Below, piece by piece: positions 18,274 to 24,411 of a stretch of 24,411 nt of DNA; position 1 is the stretch's first letter; each line of letters opens with the position of its first letter. Origin of the DNA: Planctomycetota bacterium. Its GTDB lineage: Bacteria; Planctomycetota; SZUA-567; H5-PLA8. The position numbers and the translations under genes are program-made. Where the stretch lies: assembly GCA_045863855.1 (NCBI GenBank), contig BTVV01000094.1, forward strand, positions 1 through 24,411. The letters run 5' to 3'. Under the pieces are notes generated by a model. That model was not told where the DNA came from. It ran no database searches and saw only the letters and a list, made by a program, of their open reading frames with translations.

Positions 18274-18418
18274 GCGACGCTCGCCCGCCTGGTTTGGCGC
18301 GTGCACCTGTCACCGCGGCTGCGATGCGGCCTTCGCGCATTTGCGGTTGTCAGCCGCGCACTTCATTTCTATCGTGCCTGTCGACGAAATCTCTCGAGCG
18401 AAAAACCAGGAGCTTCCC

Positions 18419-19615
18419 ATGAGCGAGACCCCGCACCTGAACTTCGACCGCGCGCCGGCGCGCCCCTTAATGGGCCCCGGGCCCAGCAACATGCACCCGC
18501 GCGTCTACGCGGCGCTCAGCCAGCCCGTCGTCGGGCACATGGATCCGCTCTACTTCAAGGTCATGGACGAAACGCAAGCACGGCTGCGCACGCTCTTCGG
18601 CACACGCAACGATTTGACGCTCGCCCTGCCCACGACCGGCATGGGCGCGATGGAAGCGAGTTTGGTCAATCTGATCGAGCCGGGCGACGAGGTGCTGGTC
18701 GGAAAGCACGGTGTTTTCAGCGGCCGAATGACCGGAATTGCCGAGCGCTGCGGCGGAAAAGTGCGCGAGTTGGATATCGCTTGGGGCCAGGCGGTGGATC
18801 CGGCGCAGATCGAGGCGGAACTCAAAAAGGTGCCGATCAAGCTCGTCTGTTTGGTGCATGCCGAGACCAGCACGGGAGTTATACAAAACCGGCTGGACGA
18901 GATCGCCCGGATCTGCCACACGCACGGCGCGTTGTTGCTCGTCGATACCGTTGCAAGTTTAGGCGGCGTTCCATTTTACACGGACAAGTGGGATTTGGAT
19001 GCGGTCTACACGGGGAGCCAGAAGTGCCTCTCGGTGCCGCCGGGCATCGCGCCGCTGACCTTCGGGAAGCGCGCGGAAGAGAAGCTCAAGAACCGCAAAA
19101 CGCCGGTCCAGAGCTGGTTCTTCGATCTGACGCTCGTACGTAAGTACTGGAACGAAGAGCGGATATATCATCATACCGGGCCGGTGAACATGACCTACGC
19201 GCTGCTGGAAGGCCTGCGCTTGGTGGACGAAGAAGGGCTCGAGGCGCGCTGGGCGCGGCATGCGCATGCTGCCAAGGCGCTCCATGCGGGCCTGGAAGCG
19301 ATGGGCTTGGTGCTCTTCGTCAAGGATCCGGCGCTGCGCTGCCCGACCGTCACGACCGTGGAAATCCCGGCCGGAGCGGATGATGTGAAAACGCGCAAGG
19401 CGCTGCTCGAACAGCATGGCCTGGAGATCGGCGGCGGCTTGGGCGCTCTTAAAGGTAAAGGCTGGCGCGTGGGACTGATGGGCGAAGGCGCGGTCGGGAA
19501 CCACGTGCTCCTGTTCCTCGGCGCGCTGGGCGGGATCTTGAATGCACAAGGCGTTAAGATCAAGGCTGGAGCGGGCTTAGAAGCGGCGGGCGCGGTCCTG
19601 AACACCCCTCGCTAA
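18419..19615 (+). CDS. Alanine--glyoxylate / serine--pyruvate aminotransferase family (class V PLP enzyme)
   Basis: LMGPGPSN, HAETSTGV, VDTVASLGG, YTGSQKCLSVPPG (PLP-binding Lys), YHHTGP and WRVGLMG. Confidence 0.93.
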   Translation: MSETPHLNFDRAPARPLMGPGPSNMHPRVYAALSQPVVGHMDPLYFKVMDETQARLRTLFGTRNDLTLALPTTGMGAMEASLVNLIEPGDEVLVGKHGVFSGRMTGIAERCGGKVRELDIAWGQAVDPAQIEAELKKVPIKLVCLVHAETSTGVIQNRLDEIARICHTHGALLLVDTVASLGGVPFYTDKWDLDAVYTGSQKCLSVPPGIAPLTFGKRAEEKLKNRKTPVQSWFFDLTLVRKYWNEERIYHHTGPVNMTYALLEGLRLVDEEGLEARWARHAHAAKALHAGLEAMGLVLFVKDPALRCPTVTTVEIPAGADDVKTRKALLEQHGLEIGGGLGALKGKGWRVGLMGEGAVGNHVLLFLGALGGILNAQGVKIKAGAGLEAAGAVLNTPR

Positions 19616-20418
19616 CGGATTCCGACGTCCTTCAGCCAGCGCGCGCACTGGCCGGTCCAGGCGCCGACGGCGGGATCGTCGACGGCTAACCCCAATCCAT
19701 GCCTGCCTTTGGGCCAGCAATGCAACTCATAGGGTACGCCGTGCTTGCTCATGGCTTGCGCCAAAAGCAGGAAATGCGGCGCCGGAACGGCCGCATCTTC
19801 GAAGGTATGCCAGATGAAACCCGGTGGCGTGCGCGGAGTTACGTGTTTCTCGAGGCTCACCGAGGCGAGCAGTTCGGCCGACGGTTGCGCGCCCAGGAAG
19901 TTAGTCGTGCACCCCGGGTGAGCGAAATCCGTAAAGCTAATCACACCATAGCAATCCACGAACGCGTTGGGGCGCGGATCAAGCTTGTCGATGGCGTCGC
20001 GGGGCGCTTCGAAGTTGCGTTCGAAGAGTACCGCGGCGGAGACGGCGAGATGTCCGCCGGCGCTAAAGCCAAGCGTCGCCAAGCGTTGCGGATCGATTCG
20101 GAATTCGGCCGCGCGCGCGCGGACGGTCCGGATCGCGCGTTGTATGTCCAACTGCGGCACGGGGTAATGGTACGGGAAGACGCGGTAATCGAGCAGGAAC
20201 GCGGCGAGGCCCAAGCCGCGGAGCCACTCGCAGATCGGCGTGCGTTCGTGCTCGGCCCGGACTCTGTAACCTCCGCCTGGACAAACGATTACGCATCCGA
20301 ACGGGCCCGCGCCGTCGGGCAGAAACGGGGTCAGCGTCGGACGGTCTTCTTTGGCGGCGCCTTTGGCGTGTGGCGCGCCTTCGGGCCAAAGTTCGAAGGG
20401 GACGGGAGTTACAGGCAT
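19612..20418 (-). CDS. Alpha/beta hydrolase, acetyl esterase/lipase-like
   Basis: CPGGGY oxyanion motif, GFSAGGHLA nucleophile, DAAVP (Asp) and GRHGLG (His); convergent 4-bp stop overlap with the aminotransferase. Confidence 0.9.
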   Translation of the reverse strand: MPVTPVPFELWPEGAPHAKGAAKEDRPTLTPFLPDGAGPFGCVIVCPGGGYRVRAEHERTPICEWLRGLGLAAFLLDYRVFPYHYPVPQLDIQRAIRTVRARAAEFRIDPQRLATLGFSAGGHLAVSAAVLFERNFEAPRDAIDKLDPRPNAFVDCYGVISFTDFAHPGCTTNFLGAQPSAELLASVSLEKHVTPRTPPGFIWHTFEDAAVPAPHFLLLAQAMSKHGVPYELHCWPKGRHGLGLAVDDPAVGAWTGQCARWLKDVGIR

Positions 20419-20566
20419 GTCGAGTTTCCTTGCGGGTGCGTTGGGGACGATTCGTCTAGTCTACCTCAAAGCCGGCGATTCGGCCTACGTGTGCGTGAGG
20501 CCGGGTTGCCGAACGCCGGGAAGCGGGTAAGCTTAGGCTATAACTTCGTTTACAAAGGAGCAGGCG

Positions 20567-21073
20567 ATGCGGATCGGGGCTGCGGTCGTGCTGGCCGGAT
20601 TGTTTTTGTCGAGCGCGCTCTGGGGCGCGGAACCCAAAAAGGAGGGCGCTAAAGTGGGCGACCCGTTGCCGGAGTTTACGTTGAAGGACGAGAACGGTGC
20701 CGACGTAAAGCTTTCTGAATTCAAGGGTAAGGCCGGATTGATCCTCTTCTTTTACCCCAAGGCCGATACGCCGGGCTGCACCAAAGAGAGCTGCGGCTTC
20801 CGGGACGAACTGGCCAAATACCAAGCGGCCGGGTACCAGCCCATGGGCGTCAGCCGGGATACGCCGGCGGCTCAAAAGGCCTTCAAAGACAAGTTCAAGC
20901 TGACCTATCCATTGCTCAGCGATCCGGATGCAAGTCTAGCCGCAGCCTTCGCTTTCAAGCCCGGCCAGCGCGCGACGGCGGTGATCGCGAAGGACGGGAC
21001 GATCGAAAAGCTGATCGTTCAGGTGAACGCGGCTTCGCACGCGGTGGACGTGCTGAAGGATCTGGGGAAGTAG
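20567..21073 (+). CDS. bcp: Bcp/PrxQ-type peroxiredoxin with N-terminal signal peptide
   Basis: FFYPKADTPGCTKESCGFRD (PxxxTxxC plus resolving Cys), GVSRD and LLSD; SD AAGGAG. Confidence 0.88.
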   Translation: MRIGAAVVLAGLFLSSALWGAEPKKEGAKVGDPLPEFTLKDENGADVKLSEFKGKAGLILFFYPKADTPGCTKESCGFRDELAKYQAAGYQPMGVSRDTPAAQKAFKDKFKLTYPLLSDPDASLAAAFAFKPGQRATAVIAKDGTIEKLIVQVNAASHAVDVLKDLGK

Positions 21074-21149
21074 CCGGGACGTTCATCGGACTTCGATAGA
21101 AGTTGCCATTGGGGCCACACCTCGGTGGTCTAGATGTGCTTGCGCACGT

Positions 21150-21215
21150 CGTGCAAAAAGTCGATCCTGCCATAAAACTGCTATAAATCGCTTACGCAAA
21201 GCGTATTTTTGCACG
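21150..21215. repeat. 66-bp element bounded by 10-bp perfect inverted repeats (possible MITE remnant)
   Basis: CGTGCAAAAA (21150-21159) / TTTTTGCACG (21206-21215); AT-rich interior with an internal TACGC-AAA-GCGTA hairpin. Confidence 0.5.
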
Positions 21216-21577
21216 CAGGTGCTTAGCGCCTGAGCGGCTATGCGCGAGGGGCCGAACGGGTGCATGTGGTGCAGGGGCCCAAAAAGCGCGGCCTTCCGTG
21301 GCCTTCGGCGCTCGGCGGCGCGGGGCGGTTACGCGTGTGCTTAGGTTGGTGAGGTTGTTTTAGGAGTTCTTGTAGCGGCGTGCGGGGCGTATGCCTGCCC
21401 TGCGTGCGATGAGGCGTTGTGGCGCGCGAAGCGTGCGCAAGCCCGGAGGGGCGGCAGGACGGAACGGTTTCCAGTTCACGGCCAGAGTGCGGAGGGGAGT
21501 AGGCGATCTTCGACGCTCGCGGCGGGTGTGTGATGCTTACGCATTCGGCAGGTTCGAGCCGGGCGGGGAGGATCTGT

Positions 21578-21742
21578 CGCCCCGCTGGGGCTTGCGCGCT
21601 GCGCGCCGATTCGTCCCACGGCTTGCGGGCCTGTTGAAAACCTCCCTCACCCTCCCCTCTCCCAGAGGGAGAGGGGAAACGATCAACGGCTTCTTCAACA
21701 GGCCTTTGCGCCGTGGGCTACCTTCTAGCGCCCCGCTGGGGC
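21578..21742. repeat. REP-like composite palindromic repeat
   Basis: Two copies of CGCCCCGCTGGGGC (21578-21591, 21729-21742) flank a CCCACGGC/GCCGTGGG stem (21615-21622/21710-21717). Confidence 0.7.
21627..21705. mobile_element. ~79-bp MITE with 11-bp terminal inverted repeats and a TTGC(G) target-site duplication
   Basis: GGCCTGTTGAA (21628-21638) / TTCAACAGGCC (21694-21704); TTGC at both 21623-21626 and 21706-21709; internal CCCCTCTCCC-AGA-GGGAGAGGGG hairpin. Confidence 0.75.
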
Positions 21743-21832
21743 GCACGGCCAATGGCGCGTGCAAGACGCGGTTGCGGCCTTCGGTGCGCGCTCCGGGCTA
21801 GCGGCGCGGGTCAAGCGCGGGCGAAGGACGCT

Positions 21833-21851
21833 TACGAGGCGGAGCCTCGTA
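21833..21851. repeat. REP-like hairpin TACGAGGC-GGA-GCCTCGTA
   Basis: Perfect 8-bp stem; a related degenerate AGGCAGAGCC follows at about 21883-21892. Confidence 0.5.
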
Positions 21852-21979
21852 CTCGATCCTCAAGAGCGGAAGCTTGGCGGGAAGGCAGAGCCGCTCCGTG
21901 TGCGTTCGGTGAAGCACGAAGCAGCGCCGACTACGCGTGCTCCGCGACAGCCGGAACCGGCCACCCGCCTGCGTATGGG

Positions 21980-22372
21980 TTATTCCGTTGCTAAGGAACC
22001 GTCGAGGAACGCCTGGAATTCGGGGGTATCTCTGATGTTGTTAAAATCCTTTTCTGAACGCGCCCAATCGCGGGCAGCGTCGGCATAGGTCGTTTTGAGT
22101 GTTAGCTTCAGCCATTTGATGGCTTCTGCTTGGTCATTCTTGACCGAATAGGAGCACGCTATGTCATGGGCTACCATATAGGCATTCGGGTTTTTCCTAT
22201 ACGCTTCCTTGTAATAGCGGAGCGCCTGATCGCGATCTTTCTTCACCATCATCCCGCCACGCATCGCATGATAGTATCCTTTCGAATAGAGAGACATGCC
22301 GAGGCCGAGTGCTCCGACGACCAGGATCAGGACGATGACCCCTACCACGATCCGGAGCTTCTTGTTCTGCAT
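21980..22372 (-). CDS. Small membrane-anchored TPR-like protein (130 aa)
   Basis: N-terminal anchor (KKLRIVVGVIVLILVVGALGLGM); ALRYYKEAYRKNP..HDIACSYS....EAIKWLK...ARSEKDFNNIR..PEF is a TPR with a typical capping end; SD GAAGGGAGG; lower GC than the core genes. Confidence 0.85.
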   Translation of the reverse strand: MQNKKLRIVVGVIVLILVVGALGLGMSLYSKGYYHAMRGGMMVKKDRDQALRYYKEAYRKNPNAYMVAHDIACSYSVKNDQAEAIKWLKLTLKTTYADAARDWARSEKDFNNIRDTPEFQAFLDGSLATE

Positions 22373-22391
22373 AGCGCGCCTCCCTTCGTTA

Positions 22392-22485
22392 CCATAACGA
22401 TTAGGCTCAAAAGCGGCGGGCCGCCCGTGAGCTTGGATTTCCAAAAGCTTATCATGGACCGCCGTCTACTGCCGCTTGGATAGGC
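22392..22485 (-). mobile_element. Degenerate integron attC-like site (94 bp)
   Basis: Minus strand GCCTATC-CAAGC-GGCAGTAGACGGCGG...CCGCCGCTTTTGAGCC-TAATC-GTTATGG. R'' is one mismatch from GCCTAAC, both spacers are 5 nt, the internal stem is long and imperfect with extra bases on the 5' arm, and the R' GTT core lies about 20 nt before the TPR ATG. Confidence 0.6.
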
Positions 22486-22525
22486 TGGCTGGAGGCACGA
22501 GCAAGCCCCCCACTGCGGGTGATGC

Positions 22526-22639
22526 GCCTAACGCGCAGCCTACTGGCAAGAATCCGGTAGCCATTTCGTAACGGAGATCAATTAGCGCGTCGGGGAGCCA
22601 CTCGTGCTATTGGCACCAACACAAGCCTGGTGGTTGGGC
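22526..22639 (-). mobile_element. Second, more decayed attC-like site (114 bp)
   Basis: Minus-strand ends match the consensus exactly: R'' GCCCAAC (22639-22633) and R' GTTAGGC (22532-22526). Internal L''/L' pairing is weak. Confidence 0.4.
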
Positions 22640-22665
22640 GAAGGCGCCTACGCGAACTTAAATAC

Positions 22666-22695
22666 TTGTACAAGAGCCTCCAGATCATATATCAT
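22666..22695 (+). promoter_or_regulatory. Candidate sigma70 promoter for the dCTP deaminase
   Basis: TTGTAC-N18-TATCAT in an AT-rich stretch about 80 nt upstream of ATG 22774. Confidence 0.35.
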
Positions 22696-22773
22696 TTTTG
22701 CATAGCAGGAAAGGAGTTAGGTATCTAGGCAGTAGGTGTGAATTAAGCCCATTAGGCGATTAGAGGGTGAATA

Positions 22774-24270
22774 ATGGCTGACGCCAGAGAAAAGCTTGAT
22801 TGCCCTGACTCGGAAATCGTCTTTGCATTTACTTACGCCGTAGGAACCGATGCTCAAAAAGTCGAACAATTCCTCTCTACCTATTTGCATAATAAATACA
22901 ATTACGAGCTCCACGAAGTCCGCCTGAGCGACTACTTAAAGGAGTTTTTTCCAAATCAAGATTTTGACAGCCCGAACAAATGCGCTCGCTGGAATAAGTG
23001 TATGGATTTCGGGACAAGACTTAGAAGGAACTCAAAAAACGAAGATATTTTCGCCTGGGTTGCTGCCGCAAAAATACTAGCGCGAAGGCAGTCCAAGACC
23101 CCGGACGGCAAGCTTTCCAACACCCTGCACCTAATAAGGTCTCTAAAGCGACCCGAAGAGGTCCACGCATTGAGGAAAATTTACGGGTCCGGATTTTTTC
23201 TTATTGGACTGTATTCATCTTTCAGGAATCGCCTGAATTATCTTTCAAACGAAATGATGATTCCGGATAAAGAAGCCAAAGGGTTGATCAAAAAGGATGC
23301 CGACGAAAAAATTGAGTTTGGTCAGCAAACCACAAATACCTTCGAACTGGCTGATGTCTTTATTGATTACGAAGACACTAGAGCGATGCGAAGGTTTGTC
23401 GACTTGGTCTTTGGTTCACCCATTATTCCGCCAACGGCAGTTGAGGAGGCAATGCACCTAGCATACGCTGCCTCTACTCGATCTGCAGAGCTTTCGCGTC
23501 AAGTTGGGGCAGCCATCCTCGCCGAGAGCGGAGACGTACTGGGTATTGGGGCAAATGAGGTACCTGCCGCAGGTGGCGGCCAATACGGGCGTGGCGCAAG
23601 TATATCGTCAAGCATGCGAGATTTTGAATTTGACAAGAAGTGCGATGTCAACCACTCCGAGCGAGCTAGAATCGTAGAATCGGTAAAAGCCAATGTAGCT
23701 AAATCACTTGGGATCAATGATGGGCGAAGGCTTAGTAAAATTAAGTCAGCACTTGAAAAGACTGATGTTAAGGGCATTACTGAATTCGGACGTTCGGTTC
23801 ATGCGGAAATGGAGGCAATTCTATCTTGTGCAAGAAATGGTATTTCGACACGAGGGGCAATCCTATTTTCGACTACATTCCCTTGCCATAATTGCGCTAG
23901 GCACATTATTGATGCAGGCATTAAAGAAGTTTACTTCATAGAGCCGTACCCGAAAAGCAGGGCGCTCGATTTGCACATTGATGCCATAATGATTCAAGGA
24001 GAGGAAGGGGATGAAGATAGCGCTAAAGGGAGAGTGGTTTTCCGTCCGTTTATTGGAGTTGGTCCGAGAAGGTATTTTGATTTGTTTTCAATGCGACTCG
24101 GAAGTGGTAGGGCGCTAATTCGAAAAAAGGAGGATGGTACAGCAATAACAGATAATCAAAATCTAGGACCACGCGTACAGCTATATCCAACTAGTTATAT
24201 AGAACGAGAAAAGTTGTGTATGCTAATTCTCAAAAGCCTCCGACCTAAGCGAGCGAGGCGGACTGGCTGA
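22774..24270 (+). CDS. Anti-phage dCTP deaminase (Dcd/AvcD-like: N-terminal P-loop kinase-like domain plus C-terminal cytidine deaminase domain)
   Basis: N-terminal EIVF...AVGTD, IRSLKRPEEVHALRKIYG, D..E...GQQT..TF.LADVFI; C-terminal RSAELSRQVGAAI, GANEVP..GG, ITEFGRSVHAEMEAI, TTFPCHNCARHII.AGI, IEPYPKSRA, F.GVGPRRY. HAE/PCxxC zinc site intact; SD GAGGGTG; markedly lower GC than the rest of the window. Confidence 0.92.
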   Translation: MADAREKLDCPDSEIVFAFTYAVGTDAQKVEQFLSTYLHNKYNYELHEVRLSDYLKEFFPNQDFDSPNKCARWNKCMDFGTRLRRNSKNEDIFAWVAAAKILARRQSKTPDGKLSNTLHLIRSLKRPEEVHALRKIYGSGFFLIGLYSSFRNRLNYLSNEMMIPDKEAKGLIKKDADEKIEFGQQTTNTFELADVFIDYEDTRAMRRFVDLVFGSPIIPPTAVEEAMHLAYAASTRSAELSRQVGAAILAESGDVLGIGANEVPAAGGGQYGRGASISSSMRDFEFDKKCDVNHSERARIVESVKANVAKSLGINDGRRLSKIKSALEKTDVKGITEFGRSVHAEMEAILSCARNGISTRGAILFSTTFPCHNCARHIIDAGIKEVYFIEPYPKSRALDLHIDAIMIQGEEGDEDSAKGRVVFRPFIGVGPRRYFDLFSMRLGSGRALIRKKEDGTAITDNQNLGPRVQLYPTSYIEREKLCMLILKSLRPKRARRTG

Positions 24271-24296
24271 GAAGGTGTTATTCGCTGCCTCGACCC

Positions 24297-24375
24297 GCCC
24301 AACTACTTGACCCTAATATATTCAGAAAAAAGAGGTTTAATGGTTTAAAAACCACTTTTTGAGCCTATAACGTGT
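24297..24375 (-). mobile_element. Candidate attI-like site / outer boundary of the deaminase cassette
   Basis: Minus strand ...TCAAGTA-GTTGGGC (GTTRRRY core, 24303-24297), exactly complementary to the R'' at 22633-22639; AT-rich upstream sequence with a second GTTAT at 24371-24367. Confidence 0.4.
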
Positions 24376-24407
24376 CGAAGAAAAGATGAATTTGAGGGAG
24401 ATATACC

Positions 24408-24411
24408 ATGA
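24408..24411 (+). CDS. Start of a gene truncated by the window edge (identity unknown)
   Basis: Strong SD GAGGGAG (24394-24400) 7 nt before ATG at 24408. Confidence 0.45.

Noticed and set aside
21797..21978. A complete third attC downstream of the TPR gene
   Set aside because: Only a near-R'' (CCATAC) is visible; the nearest R'-like sequence lacks GTT and is about 180 bp away, so no site is called.
21074..21979. Short ORFs (21391-21801, 21537-21764, 21713-21994, 21759-22088) and a possible CRISPR array
   Set aside because: The ORFs run through palindromic repeats and lack SDs or recognisable motifs. Only two 14-bp repeats occur 151 bp apart, with no regular repeat-spacer period and no cas genes.
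24394..24411. GAGGGAGATATACCATG resembles the T7/pET ribosome-binding site
   Set aside because: The upstream TTTGTTTAACTTTAAGAAGGAG context and other vector parts are absent, so it is treated as a natural strong SD rather than contamination.

Overview
GC-rich bacterial chromosomal window, plausibly Planctomycetota/PVC (inferred from gene types and repeat styles). Positions 1-21073 are mostly housekeeping and metabolic genes: rpsU, a tandem alpha/beta-hydrolase, M14 and M24 peptidase-family genes, queG, a very acidic membrane-anchored protein, mfd, ilvD, a lipoprotein, a TIM-barrel isomerase, a beta-barrel porin with a candidate sigma-54 promoter, acylphosphatase, a class V aminotransferase, an esterase and an exported Bcp peroxiredoxin. 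From about 21100 the window becomes accessory. It holds nested palindromic repeats (a MITE with a target-site duplication inserted in a REP-like hairpin), a small TPR gene and a low-GC anti-phage dCTP deaminase (Dcd/AvcD-like). The best lead is that this right end carries matched GTTRRRY/RYYYAAC core sites and an attC-like hairpin. These suggest a decaying integron cassette array read right-to-left, with the deaminase as an inverted first cassette, a candidate attI near 24300, and a divergent gene (predicted intI) starting at 24408. All assignments were made by eye; no searches were run.
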